From IMG/VR virus record IMGVR_UViG_3300025936_000004: 64,000 nt of DNA, one strand, 5' to 3'. Source of the DNA: an uncultured virus (IMG/VR IMGVR_UViG_3300025936_000004) (taxonomy: Duplodnaviria; Heunggongvirae; Uroviricota; Caudoviricetes). Below, one piece after another: positions 48,011-57,690 of the stretch. The notes beneath the pieces were generated by a model. That model made no database searches and was not told where the DNA came from. It saw nothing but the letters and a program-made list of their open reading frames with translations. A program made the translations under genes and the position numbers. Numbering within the stretch: the stretch's first letter is position 1; the number at the start of each line of letters is the position of its first letter.

Positions 48011-48046
48011 ATTCTATGTGTACCTTTTTCGGTACACCTTGTCAAG
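48011..48046 (-). promoter_or_regulatory. Toxin-antitoxin promoter and palindromic operator
   Basis: GTGTACC-N6-GGTACAC at 48018-48037 between minus-strand TTGACA and TAGAAT. Confidence 0.7.
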
Positions 48047-48052
48047 TGACCA

Positions 48053-48445
48053 ATGACCGTTGACTTCGGCACAGATCTTTCCCTGCAGGACGATGTCAGT
48101 CCTGAGTTCCCGGAGGTTACCGGGCTCGACGTACTCAAAGAGGCTTGCGTGCGTCGTCTTTCGACTCCGCAAGGCGATCTCTTTTATGACCCGGCCTACG
48201 GATACGACCTCACCGGGATGCTCTCGGACTCGTACACGCCGAGCGACATCGCTCGCATGCAAACGGACATCGTTCGGCAGCTCGAGCTGGACGAGATGAT
48301 CGATGGCGCAAGCTGCACGGTCAGCAACGTGACGTTTGAGTCAATGAACGTCGACATTCTGATTCGGACTGCATTGGGGCCTTTCTCGATGACTCTCGAG
48401 ATCAACAACGTGTCCGTGAAAGTGTTGCAGGCGTTCAGTGGCTGA
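48053..48445 (+). CDS. Baseplate wedge gp25-like protein
   Basis: RRL.TP.G.L.YDP.YG.DL. Confidence 0.8.
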   Translation: MTVDFGTDLSLQDDVSPEFPEVTGLDVLKEACVRRLSTPQGDLFYDPAYGYDLTGMLSDSYTPSDIARMQTDIVRQLELDEMIDGASCTVSNVTFESMNVDILIRTALGPFSMTLEINNVSVKVLQAFSG

Positions 48446-49607
48446 TCCGACCCTTCGTGACCTACTCGGGTCTGACAATGAAGATGATGCGCTCACCTTC
48501 CTTCTGACGCAGCTAGCCAGCATTGGGTTTCCGACCGTCAATTGGCAATCCGGGCGTGTCATCCACACCCTGCTCAAGGCTTTTTCACGAGCCCTTGCGG
48601 TGGGCAGTGGCCTTCTGCGCGATATCACGGCCGGTGGGCTGCTCAAGCTCTCCACGAGTGGATGGCTCACGCTCCTTGCGGACTGGTATAGCTCGCCCGC
48701 CGCCCCGGTTGCTCGATTCCCTGCGACCTTTGCGCAAGGTCAGATTCTGCTCAACGTCTCAATCGGCAACGGTCCGTACCCGCTCGATCCGGGTCAAGTG
48801 ATTGTGCAGGAGTCGGTTGCGAAGCATCGATACCTCAGCATCAATCCCATCAGCGTTACCCTGCCCGCTGGCCCCAGCAACACGATCGTTCCGTTCATTG
48901 CCGAGAATCCGGGCTCTGCATTCAACGTCAGTCCTGATACCGGGCTTACCCTGGTCACGCCACTACCCGGCGTGACTGCTTCGTTTTACGTACCTTCGGG
49001 CAGCAATTCTTGGCTCATGACCCAAGGTACCGACGAAGAAACTGACGCGTCACTGCAGACTCGTTGCCGCGCCAAGTGGGGAACCGTCGGGTTTCTCAAG
49101 CCCGCAGACGGCTACCTGTTTCTGGCCATCAACACGCCAGGCGTTGGCACCAAGCCCACCAAGACGGTCGTTCGAGATGACAACCCGCGCGGTCCCGGTA
49201 CGGTCGATATCTGGCTTGCGGCGGGTGACGGGCCGATTCCGACAGCCGACGAGACGCTTGTTCGCAACTACTTACTCTCGCTTGCCAATCCAACGGCCGA
49301 TCTGCAGGTTCAGAACGCCACCGGTGTGACCGTCAACGTGTCTGCCACGCTGTATTACGGCAGCGCGTTCTCTACGGCCGTGGCCACGGCAACCGATGGC
49401 ATCGTGGGGCTCATTCAGTTTATGGCCATCGGCGGCACGTTGGGCCTCGACGACGTGATCAAAGTCCTGAAGGACACGCCCGGTCAGATCAAGGTGCCGA
49501 TTCCCTCGGTGCTGATCAACGGGATCAATGACGATCTCACGATCGGGGACAATGAAGTCGCAGTGGTGGGCACGATTGCCATTACCGGCGTAGTGGTTCA
49601 GCAATGA
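48438..49607 (+). CDS. Baseplate J-like protein
   Basis: A..PG...N, GTDEETD.SL..RC..KW, NPRGPGTVDI. Confidence 0.88.
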   Translation: MADPTLRDLLGSDNEDDALTFLLTQLASIGFPTVNWQSGRVIHTLLKAFSRALAVGSGLLRDITAGGLLKLSTSGWLTLLADWYSSPAAPVARFPATFAQGQILLNVSIGNGPYPLDPGQVIVQESVAKHRYLSINPISVTLPAGPSNTIVPFIAENPGSAFNVSPDTGLTLVTPLPGVTASFYVPSGSNSWLMTQGTDEETDASLQTRCRAKWGTVGFLKPADGYLFLAINTPGVGTKPTKTVVRDDNPRGPGTVDIWLAAGDGPIPTADETLVRNYLLSLANPTADLQVQNATGVTVNVSATLYYGSAFSTAVATATDGIVGLIQFMAIGGTLGLDDVIKVLKDTPGQIKVPIPSVLINGINDDLTIGDNEVAVVGTIAITGVVVQQ

Positions 49608-50317
49608 CCTTTGAAGAGTGGTTCGCCGGGAAAGTGTCTCCCGGAACGGTTCCGCTTGTTCCGGGTTGGCTGCGGCAGAAGTTCAGCAAGGCCTTTTTGT
49701 CTGTGATCGGCTTCTCGCTGGATCTTCTCACGAGATACACGCGCGCGGCCGTCACATATCGGATGCCCAGCTACGCACCGAGCGATGTGTTGCCCTACGT
49801 GGGAGACGGTCGATCCATTGATCGATACTTTGCCGACACGGATGCGACCTACCGAGAGCGCGTCAAGGCCGCATGGGATCTGTGGTTCGAAGCCGGATCG
49901 AAACAACGCTTGATTGACTGCATGCTCGAACAGGGCTTCGAGAACGTTCGCGTGTATTCCTACAACGACCTGGGCGGCAACGTTCCCGATCCCTGGGCCG
50001 GCTGGTTCAGCGCGTTCTGGGTTTTCGTAGGCCCCCCAACCGATGTCACCGCACCAGGCGTCTGGGGCACAGGGACGTGGGGCGGAACAGTACCGGGGCA
50101 CCATGGCGCGCCGGACGGTCCACGCGTCTGGGGCGCAAGCGGGATCAACTCGTATGAAGTCGAGCAGTTCCGCAAAGCGATTCGCAAATGGAAGGTCACC
50201 CACGAGATCTGCGCAGAGGTTGTCTTCTGCAGCGGACGGATCTGGGAGCCCGTCCCGGCATGGGGCGACGGCGTATGGGGCGGAACTGAGTCGGTAAGGC
50301 TCCGCGGAATTCCGTAG
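49604..50317 (+). CDS. Baseplate/tail protein I-like
   Basis: L...G..R.I.R...DTD..YRERV; follows gpJ. Confidence 0.7.
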   Translation: MTFEEWFAGKVSPGTVPLVPGWLRQKFSKAFLSVIGFSLDLLTRYTRAAVTYRMPSYAPSDVLPYVGDGRSIDRYFADTDATYRERVKAAWDLWFEAGSKQRLIDCMLEQGFENVRVYSYNDLGGNVPDPWAGWFSAFWVFVGPPTDVTAPGVWGTGTWGGTVPGHHGAPDGPRVWGASGINSYEVEQFRKAIRKWKVTHEICAEVVFCSGRIWEPVPAWGDGVWGGTESVRLRGIP

Positions 50318-50333
50318 TCGAGAACAAACTAGC

Positions 50334-51785
50334 ATGGGCTTAAGGCAATACTGGCCAGCACACTTCGTGGTCGAGGGGGAAGTTCTCAAGATCAACCCCG
50401 AGATTCTCACGATCGTGTCGGGCGGGTCGTTTATCAACCCGATCACCGTCACGGTCACCGACGCGGGCAACGCTGGGCTCAATACCCTTGCCACTCTCAC
50501 AGCGCGTCGCACGAGTCCCGGGACGGGTTTCGGTGAGTCGATCCTATTCCGGCTCGATGATTCGCTGAACATCATCGCGGACGCCGCAGCAATGGATGCG
50601 CTGTGGGAAAGTGCGACGTCCGGATTTGTTTCCAGCGCGATCGCGTGGCGCACCCGAGATACAGGCACTCCACTTGCCGAGCGTATGCGGCTCACGAGCA
50701 AGGGAGCGCTTGCGATCGGCACGCTCTCTCCAGACCCAAGCGCAAAGCTGCAGATCGACAGCACCACGCGCGGCATTGCGCCGCCGCGGATGAGCTCGAC
50801 ACAGCGCAATGCCATTGCGTCCCCGCTTACCGGTCTCATTGTCTACAACCTCACGACCGGCAAGATCTCACAGTTTAACGGGACCAGCTGGGAGGACGTT
50901 GGTGTTACCGGACTTGGCGCCGGCGACGAAGCCCACTTCGGCATCGAGCCAAGCGTTGGCACGACGTTCGGCGCGGCGGGTTTGTACTTCCGTTACAACC
51001 TATCCCTGTACGGTCGCAACGAGGCAAACAACACCTCGATTCCCATCCTCACGCTAGACTTCAGTACCGCGACGGGCAACAACTTCACGCTCGGCAACCT
51101 CACCGGGAACCTGACGGCGAAGTATCAGTCTGGCTCACGCGCGAACTCTGGCAAGCATACGTGGCAGTCCGGATCATCGACGATTCTCGCGGACCTTGAT
51201 GATGTCCGGCACGGCATCAAGGTCCCGATGTACCTCACGGATGGTGCGCTGGCAGATCCCGCGGCCGCAGCCATCCTCGAGCTCAACACCACGACCAAGG
51301 GACTACTACTCCCACGGCCGACGACCACACAGCGCAATGCGATCTCGACGCCGCCAGACGGCCTAATCGTCTACGACTCGACGCTGAACAAGACGTATAT
51401 CCGCGCAGGCGGAGCGTGGGTCTTTATCGGCGACAACCCGTTAAACATCGGCGTCGCTGGCAGCACTACAAACTACTTTGGCGCGACGGCCATCGGTGAT
51501 TACGAGACGATCGCCGGCAATGTGATCGCAGACCCGACGAAGACCTGGCACTTCGTAAACTCCACGGCAGACCGCGCAATCACACTGCCTGCCGCCTCGG
51601 GCCTGTATCACGTGCACGTGTTTCAAGACATTACGAACTCAGCAGGGACGCATCCGAGTACGTTTGACGTGCAGTCCTCTGGAACGATTGATGGCAACTC
51701 CACGGCCGTCATTGCAGACAATCGTTACGTACGCATGTTCACCAAGGTCTCTCTTTCGCCGGCTCAGTGGACTCTTGCCGGTTAG
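50334..51785 (+). CDS. Tail fibre protein with two internal repeats
   Basis: ERMRLTS.G...IGT and two copies of A.L...STT.G...PR.(S/T)TQRNAI..P..GLIVY. Confidence 0.7.
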   Translation: MGLRQYWPAHFVVEGEVLKINPEILTIVSGGSFINPITVTVTDAGNAGLNTLATLTARRTSPGTGFGESILFRLDDSLNIIADAAAMDALWESATSGFVSSAIAWRTRDTGTPLAERMRLTSKGALAIGTLSPDPSAKLQIDSTTRGIAPPRMSSTQRNAIASPLTGLIVYNLTTGKISQFNGTSWEDVGVTGLGAGDEAHFGIEPSVGTTFGAAGLYFRYNLSLYGRNEANNTSIPILTLDFSTATGNNFTLGNLTGNLTAKYQSGSRANSGKHTWQSGSSTILADLDDVRHGIKVPMYLTDGALADPAAAAILELNTTTKGLLLPRPTTTQRNAISTPPDGLIVYDSTLNKTYIRAGGAWVFIGDNPLNIGVAGSTTNYFGATAIGDYETIAGNVIADPTKTWHFVNSTADRAITLPAASGLYHVHVFQDITNSAGTHPSTFDVQSSGTIDGNSTAVIADNRYVRMFTKVSLSPAQWTLAG

Positions 51786-51788
51786 CTC

Positions 51789-52994
51789 ATGATCCCGGTA
51801 ATCGCCGCAAACGGCTGGAGACGGGTCGAGACCGTTTTCGAGGTCGACTGGACGAACAAGGCTCCGGGTGTCGGTTCGATGACTGGAACCGGCACGCTGT
51901 ATGAGCGGCTATCCTCGCAATACACGGTACAAACCAGCCCCACGACCGTCTCGACTGATTCCGGACTTTCGAGCTCGAGCAGTGTTCCGGTTGGCAAGAA
52001 CAACACGTCACCCGGGCTGGTGATCGATGAAGCGAGAACGTCCGTCGTCTCAAACAACCGAGACGTTTCCGCGTGGACCAATGGCGGCGGCGGCACGGTT
52101 ACGGCCAATGCTACAGCGGGACCAGATGGCAGCATTCTCGCAGACCGCTCTCAGACAACGAGCGGCAACCCCGGTTATCACCTAGGCTATGGGCGCCCAG
52201 GCGGGATCACGCAAACGATCTCGATTTGGCATAAAGCGGGTTCAGTTGGCGCGACGTCTCAGATCACAAATGACACGGGCGGCGTCACGTTTCAGATTCT
52301 GTTTGCTGGAACCGCGCCTACCAACTGGACGCGAGCCACGTACGTCAATACAGGTGGCGCAGGCAGCACGGGCCCTATTCTACGTGGTGCGGATGGTAAC
52401 AACCGAACGAGTAGCGGCGGACTGGGGGCTGGTGCCAGGGATACGTATCTAGATCTCCTTGACATCCAGGGTAGCGCAGCAAGTGCGTTTTTCCCCACTG
52501 AAACCATTCTCGGTGCTGTTACTCGCGCTGCTCCTCGCTGGTATCGCAACGTCGGCAACACCTGCTTGGCTGAAGACGGAAGCCTTCGCTGCTACATCGA
52601 ATGTGAGCCCAAGGGCGCATTCAATGAATACAGCGCGGATATGACGCTGTGGTACATCGATGCCAGCAACAACTGCGTCATCGACAATGCCACCCAAGCG
52701 GTCAAGATCACGATCGGCGGCACGCTCTATACGACACCCAATACGATGAGCTGGGCACGCGAGGATCGCTTGCGGATCTTTGTCTGTGTCGGCGGTGGGC
52801 AAGTCACAAGCGTGCAGTATGCCGTGAACGCCAGCTCACCGGTCCGCATTAGCACCGGCAGCCCGCCCACGTTTGGAGCCCTGATGATTCCGGGCACGCT
52901 AGACTTTTTGCAGTCGAACAAGGCGAAGGTCTTCTCGGCTCGAATCCAGCGATTGCGTTTCTACAAGTACAACAAGAAACCTTCTGACTTCTAG
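51789..52994 (+). CDS. Tail spike/receptor-binding protein candidate
   Basis: GL.I.EART motif, Gly/Thr-rich, beta-sandwich-like C-terminus. Confidence 0.6.
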   Translation: MIPVIAANGWRRVETVFEVDWTNKAPGVGSMTGTGTLYERLSSQYTVQTSPTTVSTDSGLSSSSSVPVGKNNTSPGLVIDEARTSVVSNNRDVSAWTNGGGGTVTANATAGPDGSILADRSQTTSGNPGYHLGYGRPGGITQTISIWHKAGSVGATSQITNDTGGVTFQILFAGTAPTNWTRATYVNTGGAGSTGPILRGADGNNRTSSGGLGAGARDTYLDLLDIQGSAASAFFPTETILGAVTRAAPRWYRNVGNTCLAEDGSLRCYIECEPKGAFNEYSADMTLWYIDASNNCVIDNATQAVKITIGGTLYTTPNTMSWAREDRLRIFVCVGGGQVTSVQYAVNASSPVRISTGSPPTFGALMIPGTLDFLQSNKAKVFSARIQRLRFYKYNKKPSDF

Positions 52995-53005
52995 AGGTTC
53001 ATCTT

Positions 53006-53827
53006 ATGTCGCACGACATTACTCCGGTCAACGAGTTCACCGCAGACGTCACGGTACCCGACAACGGTGACGCTCTCGACGCTGGGGGCGTCGACGATGC
53101 ATTCCAGGCGGTGACGAACCGAACCGTCTATCTGAACGACCAAAAGAACCTCACAAACCTCGCGGTCACGACGCTCAAAAACGGGTTCGCGGGACTTCTG
53201 ATTGGCGCCAGGAACGCAGCTAGCTCCGACGGTACACATATCACCGTTGAGGGCTTTCAGAAGATGTACATCGGTAACGTCCCTTTCGACGCGCAGGCTG
53301 CAGCCACGGTTGCGCCTGGGTCTGATTCCAACGACACCTGGCACTATCTCTACGGATACGAGAGTCTCGGCCTGATCGCCTACGAGCGCTCGACCACGGG
53401 CCCTGATGCCAGCCGGACGTTCAAGTCAGGCGACGCCACGCGAGTGTATATCTGCAGTTACTACGTCGATGGTAGCGGGAATATTCGGCCGTTCTTCAAA
53501 CACGCGAACAAGGTCACGTGGCGGCGATCGAAGATTAGCGATTATGTCATCGCCACTGCGACGCCCAGCACTTACACCGACCAGAGTCTATCCGCTTGGA
53601 TGCCCTCACACTCGTACATGGCTACTCTCGAATGCATCTACGTTGACAGCGCAGGCACTGCGAAGTTTAGAACGAATGGCGACACCACAAACCTAACCAA
53701 AGCGGTAGGAGCCGGGTCGGTCCAGGAGTTTAATATTGAGACCGATGGTTCTCAGGTAATTGAGTACAAGCTCGAGGGCGCCAGCTCACCAGTCTTCGCC
53801 ATCCAAGCTGTCGGTTACTACGAGTAA
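53006..53827 (+). CDS. Tail fibre protein
   Basis: N-terminal P..GD..DA..V...FQ...NRT.YL baseplate-attachment-type motif. Confidence 0.6.
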   Translation: MSHDITPVNEFTADVTVPDNGDALDAGGVDDAFQAVTNRTVYLNDQKNLTNLAVTTLKNGFAGLLIGARNAASSDGTHITVEGFQKMYIGNVPFDAQAAATVAPGSDSNDTWHYLYGYESLGLIAYERSTTGPDASRTFKSGDATRVYICSYYVDGSGNIRPFFKHANKVTWRRSKISDYVIATATPSTYTDQSLSAWMPSHSYMATLECIYVDSAGTAKFRTNGDTTNLTKAVGAGSVQEFNIETDGSQVIEYKLEGASSPVFAIQAVGYYE

Positions 53828-53830
53828 GTC

Positions 53831-54196
53831 ATGGCAAACCGCATTCCCATTCAAACGCCGCTCGCCTTCACGCAGGGCGAGACGTTCGTTACCAAAAAGT
53901 ACTTTCCCGTCGATGAAGACAACGTTGCCTTCGATCTCACGGATGCCACAGCCCACATGCAAGCACGCGCAAGCGCGTCTGCCTCGTCGGCTGCAGTGGA
54001 TTGGACCGAGAGCACCGGCGTTGAGCTCGATGATGCCGACAACTCGTTTCGGCTCAACGTCGATGAAGCCGCTACCGCGCTCATTGCCGCAGGCACGTAC
54101 GTGTTTGACCTGTTCATCCAGCTCGCGGGCGGTCGCAGGATTCTCGCAATGAGCGGGACGCTGACCGTCAAAGACGCCGTTACCGACTACCCGTAG
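53831..54196 (+). CDS. BppU-N-like structural protein
   Basis: QG.TF...DLT.ATA.MQ.R...YVFDL......G...V...VT. Confidence 0.6.
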   Translation: MANRIPIQTPLAFTQGETFVTKKYFPVDEDNVAFDLTDATAHMQARASASASSAAVDWTESTGVELDDADNSFRLNVDEAATALIAAGTYVFDLFIQLAGGRRILAMSGTLTVKDAVTDYP

Positions 54197-54253
54197 TCGG
54201 CACCCCAAAAGACCAACCGCACACAACGGGCATTGAGCCCGATCGGTTAAGCT

Positions 54254-54616
54254 ATGCCTACACTCCGTCAGATTTACGCGCTGAGTTCCTACACGCCGCT
54301 CATTGAGCAGGTGCAAGTTGCCTTGCTCGAGCAGGCCAATTACGTGCTCTCGTTGCCTAGTCCTCCCGCAGAAAGCCTGATGTTCGCGAAGGCTGTGCGG
54401 GACGCTACGTACCAATTCAACGACCGGTTCGCCAAGCAGTGCGCCTTGAACGGGGACGTTCAGGCCAAGTTCACCTTTGGCATACAGAACGGCAGCCCCG
54501 TCGTCTTGACCATGGCGAGCGAGGGAGATGCCAACACCCCAGGCGACTTGAACTATCTGGTCAAGTACGTGATCGGCGTAACCTGGGACGGATTCGCAGG
54601 CGTACCACCGGCCTGA
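54254..54616 (+). CDS. Hypothetical (tail-associated) protein
   Basis: ORF in the late operon. Confidence 0.55.
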   Translation: MPTLRQIYALSSYTPLIEQVQVALLEQANYVLSLPSPPAESLMFAKAVRDATYQFNDRFAKQCALNGDVQAKFTFGIQNGSPVVLTMASEGDANTPGDLNYLVKYVIGVTWDGFAGVPPA

Positions 54617-54872
54617 TGATGCGCCGCGCGCTTGACTTGTGGCTCCTGGTCTTCGCGTTGAGCTGTCGCCAGCGCGTGCTGTCTTACGATGCTGGCCTTC
54701 AGCATGTTCCAGCCTTCGCCGCACCCGCTGATGTTCCGGTTGTCGCGGAAGTTGCCGACGCGATGCCGACTGACTTCTGGTGCTACGTCCACACGACCGA
54801 GATCTTCTGCTTCACCGGACCCGACGCGCTGAACCGATGCGAAGACGATCCCAATCGCCCCAACGAGGCGCC

Positions 54873-55439
54873 ATGCGCACCCTTCTAGCGATCCTCGGCC
54901 TTCTGCTCGTGGCTTGCGGACCATCTCCGGAACCATCCGCATCGTCCCCTTTGGGCGGTCGAGATGTAGCGGTAAGCATCGTGGACTGCGTATCGCCCCA
55001 GCGAGAGTGGATCGCCGAAGAGATTCGGTACTTCGGCTGGCACGTCTCCGAAACGGGCGAAGTTGATGTGCAGTGCGCCGATCTCGAAGCTGGTGCAGCA
55101 GGTGAGTACAGACTCGGCGAGAGTCGAGTACGGGTGAACACAAGCAGCCTTACCGATTCCTTTTCGGGCCGCTCGATACCGGGTCATGAGCTGATTCATC
55201 TTCGGATCTACCGTGGCCCGCACCCGGAGATGGCAACGTGGCACGTATGTGATGTTGCATACGGCATGGCCTACCCGCCCGGCTGCGCTCCCGGGATCAG
55301 CGCCAAACGCGCCCTGATGTCACCGAGCGGTCCGCATGACTGGGATGGCGACCAGGAAGCGTTTTCATTGTCCACGGTACCAGAGTATCGCGTGACCGAC
55401 GCAGACCGACAGCTGATCGACCGAGCGCTACGACCATGA
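54873..55439 (+). CDS. Lipoprotein with zincin HExxH motif
   Basis: Lipobox LLVAC; GHELIH; ALMSP Met-turn-like segment. Confidence 0.6.
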   Translation: MRTLLAILGLLLVACGPSPEPSASSPLGGRDVAVSIVDCVSPQREWIAEEIRYFGWHVSETGEVDVQCADLEAGAAGEYRLGESRVRVNTSSLTDSFSGRSIPGHELIHLRIYRGPHPEMATWHVCDVAYGMAYPPGCAPGISAKRALMSPSGPHDWDGDQEAFSLSTVPEYRVTDADRQLIDRALRP

Positions 55440-55876
55440 CCTTCTCGCAGTTCATTGCCCTGCTCACGGCAATCGGCGGTGTGGCGCTGGCGGTCATTCC
55501 GATCGTGCGGCCCTACGTCAAAGATGCACGCTACGCAAAAGCTCTAGAAGCCCTCGAGAAGCTCGCGGATGTTGCGGTAGGCAGTCGTGTGCAGCGAGTT
55601 CAGGACCTCAAGGATCCTGCCAAGCCAGGTTACTGGTCCGCCGCTGCCGCGCTGTCGACCAAGCAATCTGCGATGGATGACGTCGTGGTGCAAGGGCAGC
55701 GAGCAATCGACACGCTCCGAGCGCTTGGCATCGAGCGCCCCGAATATCTGATTGCGCAGATGATCGAGCGCGAAGTCTCGACCTGGAAGGCCACGCAGAC
55801 ACCGGCAACTGCGGCCGTGGCCGTTGTGCAACCCAAACCCGCGTCCGTCATCGAGACAGAAGGGAGTGAACCGTGA
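55436..55876 (+). CDS. Holin-like membrane protein
   Basis: One N-terminal TM helix then a helical domain ending in IE..V. Confidence 0.45.
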   Translation: MTFSQFIALLTAIGGVALAVIPIVRPYVKDARYAKALEALEKLADVAVGSRVQRVQDLKDPAKPGYWSAAAALSTKQSAMDDVVVQGQRAIDTLRALGIERPEYLIAQMIEREVSTWKATQTPATAAVAVVQPKPASVIETEGSEP

Positions 55877-56061
55877 CGTTACTTCACGTGATCCTCGTGC
55901 TCATTGTGATCGGCGTGCTTCTGTGGCTGGTCAATTCCATCATCCCGATGGATGCCAAGATCCGGCAGATTCTCAACGCGGTCGTGATTATTGCGGTGGT
56001 GCTCTGGCTGCTCGCGATCTTTATCCCGGGCCTGGGTCTGTCAGAGATTCGGGTGAGATAA
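55873..56061 (+). CDS. Thivi_2564-like small membrane protein
   Basis: LIVIGVLLWLVN..IPMD.KI..ILN.VV.I.VVLWLL. Confidence 0.75.
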   Translation: MTLLHVILVLIVIGVLLWLVNSIIPMDAKIRQILNAVVIIAVVLWLLAIFIPGLGLSEIRVR

Positions 56062-56065
56062 AGCG

Positions 56066-56350
56066 ATGCTGCTCAAACTCGCTTTGATCGCACTGGTGCC
56101 GCTGTTTACGGCGTGTCCATCCCTTCCACCCCCGGACAACTGCCCGCCACGCGCGCAACGCTGTTCCCCTGCGGGCGCTCCGCAGGTTTGCGGTGTCTCC
56201 GCGCCGACAAGCTGGGTGGATATGAATCGTCCATGCCGAGAGATCTCGGCCGTCTGCTGCGAAGTACCGTCCGTCTATGACCCTAGCCGCAAGATCTTTG
56301 CGTGTGTCCCGATGGACCGATGCCTTGCCCGAGACGGAGGTTTGCCATGA
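56066..56350 (+). CDS. Cys-rich lipoprotein
   Basis: Lipobox LFTAC; eight further cysteines. Confidence 0.65.
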   Translation: MLLKLALIALVPLFTACPSLPPPDNCPPRAQRCSPAGAPQVCGVSAPTSWVDMNRPCREISAVCCEVPSVYDPSRKIFACVPMDRCLARDGGLP

Positions 56351-56922
56351 CGCGACTTGCGACCGAGAGCGAAGCGCAGGCATTCACGGATCTAATGGCC
56401 GAGCACTTCGGTGCGCGGATTGTAGACCGTGACGATGCATGGGAGTTCCAGGTTTTTCAGGGAGCGCTCAAGGCTGCGGGGATCCCCGATCTGACCCAAC
56501 TGCTCGACGGTCGGAGTTTCACGGCAGGTAGCTGGATCTATCTGACGCCGGGCCTGCCGCCCAACCGCAAGATTAGAACCGTCTGCCACGAGCTTGTGCA
56601 CGCGCGCCAGTGGTCGAAAGACAAGCTGAAGTTTGCCTACTTCTATGCGACCTCGGGCCACAAGCGCGTAGGGTACGAAGTGCCTGGGTTCTATGCGGCC
56701 GCTGAGATTGAATACGCGATGACAGGGAGACTGCCCTCGCTGGATGATCTCGCAGGCCAGCTAAATCACGGCTATGCGCTGGGGGCGGCAGATCTGTTGC
56801 TTGCACGGGACATGCTCGAAAGCGCTGCAACGTCCATCAGTAGCGGGATCGTGAGTAGCGAGGAAGCGCGATACGGGATCGAATTGCTACACCAGCACTT
56901 CCCTGAACTGCTCGCCACGTGA
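56347..56922 (+). CDS. HExxH metallopeptidase-like protein
   Basis: CHELVHARQW...Y......R..YE. Confidence 0.6.
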   Translation: MTRLATESEAQAFTDLMAEHFGARIVDRDDAWEFQVFQGALKAAGIPDLTQLLDGRSFTAGSWIYLTPGLPPNRKIRTVCHELVHARQWSKDKLKFAYFYATSGHKRVGYEVPGFYAAAEIEYAMTGRLPSLDDLAGQLNHGYALGAADLLLARDMLESAATSISSGIVSSEEARYGIELLHQHFPELLAT

Positions 56923-57350
56923 TCTACGTAGCTTTGGCGGACGCGACGCACCTGGATCGCCTTGTTGACTATGGAGCGCTTGGGATCTTTCTGCTGGTTG
57001 CCCTGTACGCCATCAAGACGCTGTACGGTCGAGATGACAAGCGTCAGGAAGCCAGAGAGAAGCAACTTCAGGACAGCTTACAACTCTACCAAGGGGCCCT
57101 GAAGGAACTCAAAGAGCTGCAGGATCTTCGCGTTCGAGAGGCCAATGAATACGCGAACAAGACGCTTGAGGCCGCCAAGGAAAACCTGCGCGTCGTTCAT
57201 CAGAACGAGACCACGGCCAGTCAGGTCACGGAGTGGATGGAGCGGCTGGAGGGACGCTTCGAGAAGTACCACCAAGACATGATGGTCTTGGTGCAAGCGC
57301 TACACTCGACAGGTGGCAGACCGCAACAAAACCATCCTGCTGGTGAATGA
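56919..57350 (+). CDS. Membrane-anchored coiled-coil protein (holin- or spanin-like)
   Basis: YGALGIFLLVAL TM helix followed by a coiled coil. Confidence 0.55.
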   Translation: MIYVALADATHLDRLVDYGALGIFLLVALYAIKTLYGRDDKRQEAREKQLQDSLQLYQGALKELKELQDLRVREANEYANKTLEAAKENLRVVHQNETTASQVTEWMERLEGRFEKYHQDMMVLVQALHSTGGRPQQNHPAGE

Positions 57351-57690
57351 CAACCCGCGCTGGCTCAGAGTTTTGAGAGAGATGCTGACCAGCATGGGCT
57401 TTACGGTCATCCCGGCTCACGACGGCATGGAGGCCTTCAGGCTTGCTCGTGGATATCTTCCGGATGTCGTGGTGAGTGACATTTGGATGGATGTGCTGAA
57501 CGGCTTTGAGCTGTGCAAGTGCATTCGTGCGACCGAGATCACGTCCAAAATCCCGGTGATTCTCTTTTCAAACTTGGACATGTCAAAGGAACGGCTTGAA
57601 CAAGCCAAGGCCGCGGGTGCCGATGCTTGTCTGCCGGGATCACCAGACTTGTCCGCCTTGCTAAGGAAGATTCGGGAGCTATCACCATGA
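57313..57690 (+). CDS. Single-domain response regulator receiver (atypical)
   Basis: ILLVND, A.DG.EA, PDVVVSDIWM, GFELC..IR, IPVIL.S, AGAD. Confidence 0.88.
   Translation: MADRNKTILLVNDNPRWLRVLREMLTSMGFTVIPAHDGMEAFRLARGYLPDVVVSDIWMDVLNGFELCKCIRATEITSKIPVILFSNLDMSKERLEQAKAAGADACLPGSPDLSALLRKIRELSP

Noticed and set aside
41041..50839. Long antisense ORFs (41041-42093, 49598-50839; also 11769-12794, 27823-28629, 53786-54724)
   Set aside because: They are shadow frames of well-supported genes on the other strand, common in GC-rich DNA, with no recognisable motifs.
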